Source of the DNA: Candidatus Poseidoniales archaeon
GTDB lineage: Archaea; Thermoplasmatota; Poseidoniia; Poseidoniales; Thalassarchaeaceae
Direction of reading: 5' to 3'
Length of the DNA stretch: 64,000 nt
Assembly (NCBI GenBank): GCA_012960975.1
Contig: DUAE01000055.1
Span: forward strand, 41,143 to 105,142
Below are positions 18,740 through 29,046 of this stretch, in pieces. Each line of letters starts with the position of its first letter. Position 1 is the stretch's first letter. The notes below the pieces were generated by a model. The model had not been told where the DNA came from and did not search any database. It saw nothing but the letters and a program-made list of their open reading frames with translations. Made by a program: the position numbers and the translations under genes.

Positions 18740-19948
18740 ATGGTCGAAGGTTGGAGTCGTTTTGCGCTCCGTTTTGGAGATTATTATCGTTCCAAAACAA
18801 TAGATGATATTTGGACTCCACCTAGATTTAAAAACCGTGAATGGATGTTTATCCCTTGGGGCAGTAAACCCCCTGATAGACACCGCGGATTTAGAGAAAA
18901 GAAAGAATTATTGCAATATTTACAGCAAAGAGGACCCCATTCATGTTTTCACAGTACTGCATATTACGATTCACCATCAGAAAGAAAAATGTCCGAAAAA
19001 GGTTGGAAAGGTGCAGATCTGATTTTCGATTTGGATGGAGATCATTTACCAGGGGTATCCGATAATGATTTCCCAACGATGATTGAAAAAATTCAGGAAC
19101 AAGCTTGGACTCTATGGTCAGAATTTTTATTGCCTGAATTTGGTTTTGATGAAAAATATATACAAACCTCATTTTCTGGTCATAGGGGGTTCCATATTCA
19201 TTATAGGAATCCAGGATTGTTACATCTTGATTCAAATGCCCGACGACAACTCGTCAATCACATTAGGGGGGAGGGAATAAATGTCCAAACTATCCTTTCA
19301 GGACCCCAGTCAAGTTGGCAAAATCGCATTCACAATGGGATAGAATCGATAACAACTAAATTGAATATTATAGACAGTGGGGGAGTGCAAGCAAAAGACA
19401 CTCTAGAAGAATTACATAATATTATTGAAAAAAGGAAAAGCGCCCACGGCTTTTCTGTAACAAAATATTCAAAAAATAGAATTAAAGAATTAGCAGAATC
19501 AGCATCCGATAATCGAAGAATTTCTCGCTTGATGGATGACAATTCACTAAGAGTATTCGGTGATCAAAATACATCTATTTTCTGGGAACTGATCAAAGGC
19601 GATACATCTGTAGTTCTCGGTAACGCAGGTGAGACAGACGAGAGCGTAACTGTGGATACGAAAAGGGTAATACGTTGGATAGGGAGTCTACATGGTAAAT
19701 GTGGATTGAGAGTTACTGAAATGCCTCTAGAAAGGCTTAATCCCGATGGAGCCAATCCATTTAATCCATTATTGGAATCAACTGCATTTTCTTCTTCAAA
19801 AAAGTTTGATGTCACAATTAATCGCGATGATGTAAGGATGGAATTAGGCAATGAATTAGTTGAGGGGAGTATTGGGAAAACATTCAATGTCTCCGAAGGA
19901 ATGGCCACTTTCTTAGTTTTGAAAGGTTGGGGAGTAATTGAAAATTAA
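18740..19948 (+). CDS. priS: DNA primase small (catalytic) subunit
   Basis: REWMF, HSTAYY, GADLIFDLDGDHL, FSGHRGFHIH, DESVTVDTKRVIR..GSLHGK. Confidence 0.93.
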   Translation: MVEGWSRFALRFGDYYRSKTIDDIWTPPRFKNREWMFIPWGSKPPDRHRGFREKKELLQYLQQRGPHSCFHSTAYYDSPSERKMSEKGWKGADLIFDLDGDHLPGVSDNDFPTMIEKIQEQAWTLWSEFLLPEFGFDEKYIQTSFSGHRGFHIHYRNPGLLHLDSNARRQLVNHIRGEGINVQTILSGPQSSWQNRIHNGIESITTKLNIIDSGGVQAKDTLEELHNIIEKRKSAHGFSVTKYSKNRIKELAESASDNRRISRLMDDNSLRVFGDQNTSIFWELIKGDTSVVLGNAGETDESVTVDTKRVIRWIGSLHGKCGLRVTEMPLERLNPDGANPFNPLLESTAFSSSKKFDVTINRDDVRMELGNELVEGSIGKTFNVSEGMATFLVLKGWGVIEN

Positions 19949-20015
19949 TGTTTTTCAACACTCAATCACAATATGTTGAAGAGTAAGTGTGTTCGGAAGC
20001 GGTTTAGTGAGTACT

Positions 20016-20864
20016 ATGGGAGATGATGAAGATGTTCAAAATAGTTCACCCAATTTACCGCCTCCTCCACCCCCTCCAGGAATTTCTTTTCCTCCTCTGC
20101 CACCACCACCATCACCTGATATGCCATTACCACCACCACCACCTGGTTTGAAAATTGAAGAATCGGAATTATCTGATGATATTTTCGAAGAAGTGGCTTC
20201 TGAAATACCTCGTTCGAATGTGCCTGAGGCGCCCCAATCATCTTCAACTGATTTCAATACTCATTGGCAAAATAGAAAGGCAGCGGACCCGACATTATCT
20301 GTTGGTAATAGGGGAAGTATGTATGGGCACATTGATCGTATAGCTTCTGGTAATGTAGGGACATTATTAGACCGATTTTCAGACCGATTCGGTTCAGAAT
20401 TAGATAGGGAAATAATTGTTTTGCGAAAAAAGCAACAACAAGAAATGAGAGAAATAAAACCTACTGTGGAACTAATACAAGCTCCTTCAGAGGATGGACA
20501 ATGGTTTTCACCCGATGAGGATGAGGATAATGAAGCTCCAGATGGTTTAGAGGATAAACAAATGACCGGAGAAAATATTGAGGGAGATTCAGAGGATGAA
20601 TTCGGGGATTTCTTCAATATTGTAAATACATTATTAGGTAATATGCCGGATGATTTTGTCCAAGAATTTATTGAATCAGAATCCTTCATTCTATTCCAAA
20701 ATATTGGGGCGGATCCAGTTAATACTGACGACGAAAAACGTTCAGAATTCTTCAAAATGATTAATTCTGAATTAGGTAATTTACCCGAAGATAAAATTAA
20801 TGATTTTGTCGCTTCACCAGATTTTGAGGTTTACACCAGAATCGGTGCTATTTACGGAGAGTGA
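20016..20864 (+). CDS. Acidic hypothetical protein with poly-proline N-terminus and duplicated C-terminal helical module
   Basis: Three Pro runs; repeats FFNIVNTLLGNMPDDFVQEFIES and FFKMINSELGNLPEDKINDFVAS. Confidence 0.7.
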   Translation: MGDDEDVQNSSPNLPPPPPPPGISFPPLPPPPSPDMPLPPPPPGLKIEESELSDDIFEEVASEIPRSNVPEAPQSSSTDFNTHWQNRKAADPTLSVGNRGSMYGHIDRIASGNVGTLLDRFSDRFGSELDREIIVLRKKQQQEMREIKPTVELIQAPSEDGQWFSPDEDEDNEAPDGLEDKQMTGENIEGDSEDEFGDFFNIVNTLLGNMPDDFVQEFIESESFILFQNIGADPVNTDDEKRSEFFKMINSELGNLPEDKINDFVASPDFEVYTRIGAIYGE

Positions 20865-20868
20865 AATA

Positions 20869-21651
20869 ATGGGACTTCTAGAAAAAGCAGATAATATCAA
20901 ATCGTCTGAACCCGGAACAAAGACGGCAGTAAAGGTAACACCAGCCCAAGCACCTAAGGTAAAACCCGATCCTACGCCTGCTCCAGTCAAATCTAAAGTT
21001 AAGCCCAAAAAGGCTCGGACGAAGAAAAAGAGAGCAAAGAAACAGAGAGTCGACAAAGTATTGCCCGAGGGTTTCGAAGAATCTGGTACCGCTAGGAAAT
21101 TTGGAAAATGGTTAATTGATTTAATTGTAAATTATGGGCTAATGTCATTATTGATTGGTTTATTTATTGTATCATATGTGGATATTACTTGGCCATTAAT
21201 TTTACTTTTACTACTAACGATATTCAATATTGTAGGAATGCCTATTTGGACAGGGCGATCTATTGGGAATTGGATTAGTATGACACAATATATTAATTCC
21301 CGAGGCAATAACCCTATGGTTTTGTTCCACATAATGAAGAATACCAATGTCCCATTTATTTTCTTTGGACTCGTAGCCCTAATGCTTGCTATTTCTTCTG
21401 GCACTGTATGGGGTACTGGAATGAAAATTTTTGTGGCAGGCTCATTACTTCTTTTCATGGTGCCAATCGCGGATCGGTTTTTCCGAAAATTCCATGCTCA
21501 AAATTTCGGTATTTGGGAATACGTATTTGGTGGCGTTTGGCTAGTGAAATCCGCTAAATCCAAAGGTAGTGGTAACGCATTACTCAAGAGATTGGAATCA
21601 TTCAGTGATTTCTCTGAATCAAAGGGATGGATGAATGATAAAGATAATTAA
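20869..21651 (+). CDS. Hypothetical membrane protein (possibly RDD-like) with Lys/Pro-rich N-terminus
   Basis: RKFGKWLID and GRSIG resemble RDD motifs; about four hydrophobic helices. Confidence 0.55.
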   Translation: MGLLEKADNIKSSEPGTKTAVKVTPAQAPKVKPDPTPAPVKSKVKPKKARTKKKRAKKQRVDKVLPEGFEESGTARKFGKWLIDLIVNYGLMSLLIGLFIVSYVDITWPLILLLLLTIFNIVGMPIWTGRSIGNWISMTQYINSRGNNPMVLFHIMKNTNVPFIFFGLVALMLAISSGTVWGTGMKIFVAGSLLLFMVPIADRFFRKFHAQNFGIWEYVFGGVWLVKSAKSKGSGNALLKRLESFSDFSESKGWMNDKDN

Positions 21652-22715
21652 TTTTGATCTTCATCGTTATTATCAAATCTAATCTTAGCTAATTCCCTCA
21701 TGTCTTCATGGTGAGTCCCTTCTTTGATTGCTTCCTGATCGGATTCATCAACAATCTCTACACCCAGTAGTGTTTCGATAACATCTTCCATTGTCAATAA
21801 ACCAACAGTGCCACCAAAACTATCTCTTACAACCAACATTTGGGCTTTGTTTTCTAAAAGGATGTCCAATGCTTTATCTACGGATGAAGTCATATTACAT
21901 TGCACAATAGGCCTTATTATTGAATCCATTAAACAATCAAAATTATCCTCTGCAGCCATTTTCAAAATGTCATTCCTCAAAACTAATCCCTGAACTTCAT
22001 CAATATTTTGTTCCTTAAGGACTGGCATTCGTCCATGAATCATAATTGGTAATCTTTGCATTACTGACTCGATTGTTTCCATTGAAGACACAGTTGTCAT
22101 TACAACCCGTGGAGTCATAATACTGCCAACTTCCATTTCCCTTAATTTCAATAAATTTTTGATTACAGTTTCTTCATCTTCCTCAATCACGTCTTCTTCT
22201 TCAGCAATATCTGCTAAGTGTGATAATTCATCACGGGTTACAGCTTCATTGGGCGTTGCAGGTAATAAATAACGAATTTTTTCAATGGGCCAAACAATAG
22301 GAAATAATATTAAAATCAAGATTACCAATGAATTTGCAGATATAATTGTCAATTTCCTCCAGTAAAGAGCCCCGATTGTTTTAGGCAATATTTCACTGAA
22401 TAGTAAAATTGCTAATGTTAGTAATGCGCTAACTACTCCTACACTTGGACTCCCGCTGAGATTTTTTACTTCAGCACCAACACCCAAGGCCCCAACAGTG
22501 TGAGCAATGGTATTCAGAGTAAGAATAGCGGTCAAGGGGCGTTCAGGATCCTCTTTGAAATCAGCCCATTTTATAGCAATTTTAGGATGTGTATCTCTTA
22601 ACGCAACTATGTGGCCATGTGTAGTAGAAAGCAAGACTGCTTCTAAAATGCTACAAATAAAAGATGCTGTTATTGCAAGTAATGCGTACGAAAAAATTAG
22701 TGTGTATTCACTCAA
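21648..22715 (-). CDS. CNNM/DUF21 + CBS domain protein (CorB/hemolysin-like)
   Basis: CSILEAVLLS, ILTLNTIAHTVGA, SEILPKT, IMTPR, GLLTMEDVIETLLG.EIVDE. Confidence 0.9.
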   Translation of the reverse strand: MSEYTLIFSYALLAITASFICSILEAVLLSTTHGHIVALRDTHPKIAIKWADFKEDPERPLTAILTLNTIAHTVGALGVGAEVKNLSGSPSVGVVSALLTLAILLFSEILPKTIGALYWRKLTIISANSLVILILILFPIVWPIEKIRYLLPATPNEAVTRDELSHLADIAEEEDVIEEDEETVIKNLLKLREMEVGSIMTPRVVMTTVSSMETIESVMQRLPIMIHGRMPVLKEQNIDEVQGLVLRNDILKMAAEDNFDCLMDSIIRPIVQCNMTSSVDKALDILLENKAQMLVVRDSFGGTVGLLTMEDVIETLLGVEIVDESDQEAIKEGTHHEDMRELAKIRFDNNDEDQN

Positions 22716-22853
22716 ATTTGGTGCCTCTTAGAGATTATTAAATTAAACTTTCAGATTAACAAGACCATCCAAGTAGTTTGACTCCGTGCCTAACAAAGGC
22801 GATGAAGACATAAACATGTTCCATGCCGACTTTGTATAACGGTAGGTGAATAC

Positions 22854-25037
22854 ATGGAACGAGTGGCAATTTTCATGGCTTGGCCTTATGCTAATGGGCC
22901 TCTACATTTAGGCCATGTCGCTGGCAATTGCTTACCGGCAGATATCCAATATAGGTATGAGAGATCTAGAGGTCGCTCTGTCTTAATGTGTAGTGGTTCA
23001 GATGAACATGGTACACCGATAACCGTCTCTGCCGAACAAGAAGGGGTTGACCCACAGGTAATTGTCGATAGATATCACGTGATTAATACACAAGCTTTGA
23101 TTGATTTAGGTTGTTCATGGGGGGAGAATGTAGACTCCAGGGGAATTGAATTTGGTGGAGCATTGTATAATCGTACTACTGACCCGAGACACAAAGAACT
23201 CGTTCAAGAAAATTTCTCAGAATTATTTGATGCAGGTTTCCTCGAAAAACAGACTATGCAACAATATTGTTCGATTAATTCTGAAGGTATAACACGATTT
23301 TTACCAGATAGATATGTTGAGGGTAAATGTCCTATTTGTGGTGCAGAGGAAGCGCGAGGAGACCAGTGCGATGAGTGCGGAGGGACATATGAATCAAGTG
23401 AATTGATTGATCCTCGTTCAAAGATGGAGCCTGAATCTAAGATAGAAATTAGAGATACTGAACATTTGTTTTACAGATTGGACCTATTCCAAGATGAATT
23501 AGAAAATTATGCTTCTCAAAACCAAACTATTTGGAAACCTAATGTTAGGGCGATGACAAAAAATTGGTTGGATATGGGACTGCGCCCTAGGGCAGTTACT
23601 AGAGATATGGAATGGGGAATCAAACTCCCCTTCGAGGATCCTGATTGGGAATCAAAACGCATCTATGTTTGGTTTGAAGCCGTCCAAGGATACTATACCT
23701 GCGCCAGAATCTGGTCAGAAAAATTCGCTAGTGAATCAGGGGGAGATAATAACTCCTGGAAAAAATGGTGGGAAGTAGATTCGGATGGTATTCGTCCTAA
23801 ACATATCTACTTCATGGGTAAGGATAACATTCCATTCCACACTGTTATTTGGCCTGCAATAATTATGGGTATGAATTCAGTAAAAACTGATACGCCCCCC
23901 TCTTATGTTACTAATGCTGGGGAATATGCCCTAGCTTCTAACGTGCCTTCGATGGAATTTCTTCTGTTACAAGGGGGACAATTTAGTAAAAGCAGGAAAA
24001 ATGGTGTTTGGTTGCCTTCATTCTTAGAACATCATTCGGCCGACTCCCTTAGATATTATCTTTCGATAAATATGCCAGAGGGGCATGATACAGATTTTCG
24101 ATGGAAAGATTTTGTCGACCGTGTCAACAATGAATTAATTGGAACCTATGGGAATTTTGTACATCGCATAATGACTTTAACTCATAGATTACCCTCGGAT
24201 GGTACAAATCCTTTGTTAGAATTCGATCAACCTGCTGCCCATAAAGAATTATTTAACGAAATAGATGATAAATTGCAAGCAGCTATCAATTCTCTTGAGC
24301 GCCAACGATTTAAAGAAGCTCTAAGATCTATCATGAGCATCGCACAATTTGGCAATGGTTTGATACAAAATGCAGAACCTTGGAAGTATCTGAAATCCCC
24401 GTCTTCTCCGGAAAGAACTGATTCATTGAGTAAATTAGCATTGGGTTGGAGAATATGTAAGGGGCTTGCAATTACTCTTAGACCATTCATCCCCTTTCAA
24501 TCAAATAAATTGTGGGAAATGTTAGGTGAAATAGAAGGAATGGACAGTATTCTTTATGAAGATGCGTTCAGTCCTAATCATGTAATACATTGGAATCAAA
24601 GTCCCCCCCAACCTCTATTTCAGAGGCTTGAATTAGACGATATTTTGAAGCGTGAGACCGATATAGCCGAATCAACTAATGAACACACAGAGACCAATAT
24701 GGAGGACGACTATATCGAATTTGAAGATTTTATGAAAGTAGAAATGAAAACTGGGAAAGTAATTTCCGTTGACGATCACCCTAATGCAGACAAATTATTT
24801 GTTGTGACATTAGAAGATGCACCCAACTCAACCCGTACAGTATGTGCTGGATTCAAAGGTATTTATTCCAAAGAAGAATTGATTGGTAAAAATGTTATAT
24901 TTGTAGCCAACTTAAAACCACGAAAATTACGAGGTGTGATGTCAGAAGGTATGTTATTGGCAGCAGATGATGGGGACGGAAAAATCTCTATATTGACATT
25001 TGAAAAAGACATGCCATCAGGTTCACAAGTTAGATGA
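22854..25037 (+). CDS. metG: Methionine--tRNA ligase with C-terminal tRNA-binding OB domain
   Basis: PYANGPLHLGH, GSDEHGTPI, CPIC/CDEC knuckle, YVWFEA, GKDNIPFH, FSKS, HPNADKL, SEGMLLAA. Confidence 0.96.
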   Translation: MERVAIFMAWPYANGPLHLGHVAGNCLPADIQYRYERSRGRSVLMCSGSDEHGTPITVSAEQEGVDPQVIVDRYHVINTQALIDLGCSWGENVDSRGIEFGGALYNRTTDPRHKELVQENFSELFDAGFLEKQTMQQYCSINSEGITRFLPDRYVEGKCPICGAEEARGDQCDECGGTYESSELIDPRSKMEPESKIEIRDTEHLFYRLDLFQDELENYASQNQTIWKPNVRAMTKNWLDMGLRPRAVTRDMEWGIKLPFEDPDWESKRIYVWFEAVQGYYTCARIWSEKFASESGGDNNSWKKWWEVDSDGIRPKHIYFMGKDNIPFHTVIWPAIIMGMNSVKTDTPPSYVTNAGEYALASNVPSMEFLLLQGGQFSKSRKNGVWLPSFLEHHSADSLRYYLSINMPEGHDTDFRWKDFVDRVNNELIGTYGNFVHRIMTLTHRLPSDGTNPLLEFDQPAAHKELFNEIDDKLQAAINSLERQRFKEALRSIMSIAQFGNGLIQNAEPWKYLKSPSSPERTDSLSKLALGWRICKGLAITLRPFIPFQSNKLWEMLGEIEGMDSILYEDAFSPNHVIHWNQSPPQPLFQRLELDDILKRETDIAESTNEHTETNMEDDYIEFEDFMKVEMKTGKVISVDDHPNADKLFVVTLEDAPNSTRTVCAGFKGIYSKEELIGKNVIFVANLKPRKLRGVMSEGMLLAADDGDGKISILTFEKDMPSGSQVR

Positions 25038-25565
25038 AGGCTTATCAAAAAATTCCCATTGAAGTTCAGCTAATTCTGAATTCGATGTGGCAGCCGAATA
25101 GGCCTCCATGGGTTCTGAATTTAATTGAAAAAAAGTATCACTAAATCTAAATGGTTTCAGTATACTTCTAGCCTGTTCCCATTTATTGATTAAAACTAAA
25201 CTTAAGGCTAAAGCTTCTGCTGTAGATAATCTACCTGGTTTCCCCCATGATACCGGATTAGCTGCCAAAACTAAAGGTAAAGTTCTACCTTTTAACTTGG
25301 TTTTTTGGTGAATAATTTCTAGTGATTCAGTTAACAATTTCCACGAGCAATCCAAAGCAACAATAGAAGCTCCTTTTTCAATCATTAATTTATCATCAGG
25401 ACCTAATAATAAGCCTGCAGCCGGATCTAAAAGAAATCCTCTTTTGGGAGATTTATAAATATTTGAATGGACATTAGCATGGCCAAACCTTTCTAATTTT
25501 CTAGCTGTACATTTATCGGGGTCGTCTTGATCTAAATGAATAATATGTAGGGGGACTTTATCCAA
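25023..25565 (-). CDS. tsr3: rRNA aminocarboxypropyltransferase Tsr3 (DUF367)
   Basis: QDDPDKCTARKL, LDCSW, R.LP..LAANPV.WGKP.RLSTAEA. Confidence 0.9.
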   Translation of the reverse strand: MDKVPLHIIHLDQDDPDKCTARKLERFGHANVHSNIYKSPKRGFLLDPAAGLLLGPDDKLMIEKGASIVALDCSWKLLTESLEIIHQKTKLKGRTLPLVLAANPVSWGKPGRLSTAEALALSLVLINKWEQARSILKPFRFSDTFFQLNSEPMEAYSAATSNSELAELQWEFFDKPSSNL

Positions 25566-26066
25566 TTATTCGTCCCTCCTCGATAAAAGATCTTCAAGAG
25601 CATCTCCGATTGTCATCCCTCTCTTTTTCGACGCCAATACCGAGGTTGATTGACTACTGCGTTCAATATACAAATTTATTTCGAGAATCTTTTCTATTTT
25701 TTCTATCAAAGAATCCGTCGGACGCCCCCCATTCTCAATTTTTTGAATAGAATTTAGTCTTTCATTCATCTTTAGGGCGAAAACACGTTGATCCCACCCT
25801 TTAGCTATTCGACCTTCTCTAATCCTTTTATGGAAATCGGGCGCTAGTTCTTTTTCTTGTTTTGCCATAATATCTTTACCAGAAATACCCCGGCTAGTTA
25901 CGTTATTGAATTTTTTGGGATTAGCCTGTTTATGTTGAATCGGATCCTCAATAATTTTTAAGTGCATTTTGTCAATACAACGATTACACGCTTCTAATTT
26001 TATACCGGTCGCACTGGCTCTGCGCGTGCTAACTTTTTCAGCACCACATAACTCACAAGTCCCCAT
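25566..26066 (-). CDS. Archaeal multiprotein bridging factor aMBF1
   Basis: N-terminal CELCG...C..C ribbon, Cro-like HTH (KIENGGRP), C-terminal MTIGD; divergent from pan. Confidence 0.88.
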   Translation of the reverse strand: MGTCELCGAEKVSTRRASATGIKLEACNRCIDKMHLKIIEDPIQHKQANPKKFNNVTSRGISGKDIMAKQEKELAPDFHKRIREGRIAKGWDQRVFALKMNERLNSIQKIENGGRPTDSLIEKIEKILEINLYIERSSQSTSVLASKKRGMTIGDALEDLLSRRDE

Positions 26067-26142
26067 AATAGGTAGGACGCGTCTCTCGTACAAGATTACT
26101 TCGGGTGATAACTGTCATATGGTAGTAGCATCAGGTCATACC

Positions 26143-27381
26143 ATGACGAGTCGAGCCGATTCTAACTCCCGTCCTGAGAACAAATCTGATTCCAGTAATT
26201 TGAATGACAATTCTCGTCAGCTTTCAATTCTAAAAATTCAAATTGCAGAACTTTTAGAAGATTCCCAACAATTGTTAACAGAAAAATTATTTTTAGAAAA
26301 TGAGATCAATCAGTTAAAAAAGCGCGCGTCTAAGTTAGAGGAAGAGATTAGATCGTTGCGAATGCCGCCAAATATTATCGGATACATACAAGATTTAGAG
26401 GGAGAAAAAGCTATTGTAAGAAGTTCTAATGGCACTGTTTTCATGGTTTCAATCAATCCTACATTGAATAAAAAGAGGTTGAAACCAGGCACTAGAGTAT
26501 CATTAAATCAAGATACTCTGTCTATTATCTCTATTCTCGATGATGCTTTTGACCCCCTAGTATCGAGTACTGAAATTCTGGATGAAACCGGTGTCAATTA
26601 TTCAGATTTAGGTGGCTTGGAACAAGAAATAAAATTGATCAGAGATGCCATTGAATTACCATTTGAAAATCCTGGTGTGTTCAAAAAATTTGGAATCACA
26701 CCACCAAAAGGAATTCTACTTTCGGGTCCACCTGGGACGGGAAAAACAATGTTAGCTAAGGCAGTGGCTAATGCAACGAATGCAACCTTTCTAGGGTTGG
26801 TTGGTTCTGAATTAGCCCAGAAATATATTGGAGAAGGTGGTCGCATGGTAAGAGAATTGTTTGATTTAGCAAGAAAAAAGTCCCCAACAATCATTTTTAT
26901 TGATGAAATTGATGCTATTGGAAGCAAACGACTTGACTCTTCAACATCAGGAGATAGAGAGGTTCAGAGAACGTTAATGCAATTATTAGCTGAAATGGAT
27001 GGTTTTGATGCACTGGAAAATGTTAAAATTATTGCAGCAACAAATCGGCCAGAATTGCTTGACATAGCTTTACTACGACCCGGACGATTTGACAGAATAA
27101 TAGAAATTGCTCTACCTGACTTGTCTGCACGGAAACAAATATTTGATATTCATCTTGCTAATATGCCTATTTCTAAAGATGTAAATAGCAAAAAACTCAG
27201 CATCATCACAAAAGGGTTTAGCGGTGCTGAAATAAAATCAGTGACTATAGAGGCAGGGATGTTAGCAATAGCAGACAATAAAGACAATTGCTCAATGTCT
27301 GATTTTAAATCGGCAGTCATTACGATGGAAATCAAAAAGAAACAGTCAAATCTTTCCGAACCCGACCGATTATATGGATAA
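26143..27381 (+). CDS. pan: Proteasome-activating nucleotidase
   Basis: Coiled coil, GPPGTGKT, KYIGEG, FIDEIDAIG, DREVQRT, LLRPGRFDR, C-terminal HbYX (LYG); start placed at ATG 26143 to avoid overlap with aMBF1. Confidence 0.93.
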   Translation: MTSRADSNSRPENKSDSSNLNDNSRQLSILKIQIAELLEDSQQLLTEKLFLENEINQLKKRASKLEEEIRSLRMPPNIIGYIQDLEGEKAIVRSSNGTVFMVSINPTLNKKRLKPGTRVSLNQDTLSIISILDDAFDPLVSSTEILDETGVNYSDLGGLEQEIKLIRDAIELPFENPGVFKKFGITPPKGILLSGPPGTGKTMLAKAVANATNATFLGLVGSELAQKYIGEGGRMVRELFDLARKKSPTIIFIDEIDAIGSKRLDSSTSGDREVQRTLMQLLAEMDGFDALENVKIIAATNRPELLDIALLRPGRFDRIIEIALPDLSARKQIFDIHLANMPISKDVNSKKLSIITKGFSGAEIKSVTIEAGMLAIADNKDNCSMSDFKSAVITMEIKKKQSNLSEPDRLYG

Positions 27382-27389
27382 GTGATTAA

Positions 27390-28436
27390 ATGTCTAAGCA
27401 TTTGATTGAATGTGTACCTAATATTAGCGAAGGGCGGAACCAGAATATTATTGACGAAATTGTAGAAAGTGCTCAAGGATTTGAGGGCGCCTATGTCCTA
27501 GGTGCTGAACCTGATCCAGATTATAATCGAACGGTCATAACAATTGCCGGCGAACCTGAGGCTGTGCTTAATGCAACTTCCAAATTAATATTAAAATCAT
27601 TCGAATTAATTGATATGAGTAAACATCAAGGGAGTCACCCTCGCATGGGTGCAGTCGATGTTTGCCCTTTCGTTCCACTATCAAATAATTCTAAAGATGA
27701 ATGTATTAGGTGTGCAAAAAAGTTACCAAGTTTAATTCCTAATGTGCCATATTATTTTTATGGTGACGTAGCAACAGATCCGACCAGAATTAAATTATCA
27801 GGGCTGAGAAAGGGCCAATATGAAGGATTAGAATCAAGATTAACAGGTGGAAAATGGGATGAGGAAACAACTCGGTTACCAGATGGATGGTCGGGTGCAT
27901 GGGATGATATTAGCAAAAAATTTGGTGCCATGTCAATTGGTGTGAGAAATGTTCTCGTGGCATACAATATAAATGTCGATGAATTAGATGCTAAGGCCTC
28001 GAAAATTGCAGGCTCAATCATACGTACATCCGGCAGAATCGTCAAAAATTCAAGTGGGAAAAAACAAAGAATTCAAGGTATGCTAAAAGAGGTGCAAGCT
28101 ATGGGGTTAACATTACCTCGCCACAATATATCTCAAGTTTCAATGAATATACAAAATGTAAATATAACTCCAATACATCATACATTTGAAGCTGTAAAAT
28201 CTATTGTTAATGACCATGGAATCTCAGTATTAGGCTCGGAAATAGTAGGTTTAATTCCACTGTCGGCAATCGTTGAGAGTGGTAAATGGTATCACCCCAA
28301 TCCCGATCAAGCTTCAGAATTAGAATTGGTAGATGCCGCAATAGAAGGCCTGGGATTAGAATACTTGTCAGCATTTGACAAAAATAAAAATATTATCGAA
28401 TGGGCAATTAGTGATGAGGTTGGAAAAAATGAATGA
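27390..28436 (+). CDS. ftcd: Glutamate formimidoyltransferase
   Basis: IECVPNISEGR, DYNRTV, H.G.HPRMGAVDVCPFVP, R.GQYEGL, QVSMN, GSEIVGLIP. Confidence 0.92.
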   Translation: MSKHLIECVPNISEGRNQNIIDEIVESAQGFEGAYVLGAEPDPDYNRTVITIAGEPEAVLNATSKLILKSFELIDMSKHQGSHPRMGAVDVCPFVPLSNNSKDECIRCAKKLPSLIPNVPYYFYGDVATDPTRIKLSGLRKGQYEGLESRLTGGKWDEETTRLPDGWSGAWDDISKKFGAMSIGVRNVLVAYNINVDELDAKASKIAGSIIRTSGRIVKNSSGKKQRIQGMLKEVQAMGLTLPRHNISQVSMNIQNVNITPIHHTFEAVKSIVNDHGISVLGSEIVGLIPLSAIVESGKWYHPNPDQASELELVDAAIEGLGLEYLSAFDKNKNIIEWAISDEVGKNE

Positions 28437-29046
28437 AGGATACATTGAAATCTTAAATAAAATTTCTTCCAAATCTCCAACTCCTGGTGGGGGAACAGTT
28501 GCAGCACTTTGCCTAGCTCATGCCTATTCATTAACTTCAATGGTTGCTAATCTAACTAATGGGAGAGATAAATGGGCATCCGGGCAGAAAATTTCTAATC
28601 AGATTTTATCTAACCATAATTCAAATATAGATAGTGCTTTAGAGTTAGCAAAAAATGATTCTGATTCATTTGATAAATTGATGGAAGCTTATCGTTTGCC
28701 TAAAAATTCAGAAGACGAAATAAATACTAGGAATGATGCAATCACAAATGCGACTCTCGGGGCCACAAATGTGCCATTCGAAACTGCAAAACAATCTCTT
28801 GGTTTATTGGAAATTATACCTGAATTATTAGTCGTTTGTAATCAGAATGCCATTACTGATGCTGCTGGTGCTGCTGAATTATGTTATGCTTCAATAAGAT
28901 TAGCAATTTTAAATGTGGAAACTAATATTAGTGGTTTAATTGAGACCGACAAAAACCATTACTCTATTGGGACAGATATAATCATTAAATCAGCAGATCA
29001 AATAATTAGTAATGTGAGGGACATTATGAATGGAAAGTTGGAGTGA
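28429..29046 (+). CDS. Formiminotetrahydrofolate cyclodeaminase / cyclohydrolase family
   Basis: SKSPTPGGGTVAAL, D..SF..LM.AY.LPK, N.NAITD; overlaps ftcd. Confidence 0.88.
   Translation: MNEGYIEILNKISSKSPTPGGGTVAALCLAHAYSLTSMVANLTNGRDKWASGQKISNQILSNHNSNIDSALELAKNDSDSFDKLMEAYRLPKNSEDEINTRNDAITNATLGATNVPFETAKQSLGLLEIIPELLVVCNQNAITDAAGAAELCYASIRLAILNVETNISGLIETDKNHYSIGTDIIIKSADQIISNVRDIMNGKLE

Noticed and set aside
18460-18807. 93-aa (-) ORF and Cys-rich 62-aa (+) ORF
   Set aside because: Both touch or overlap priS and lack recognisable motifs; the 18506-18682 frame looks more protein-like
20036-20257. Gly-rich antisense ORF or G-quadruplex signal
   Set aside because: Simply the complement of poly-proline codons
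25969-26142. N-terminal extension of PAN
   Set aside because: Overlaps the divergent aMBF1 gene; ATG 26143 is more plausible
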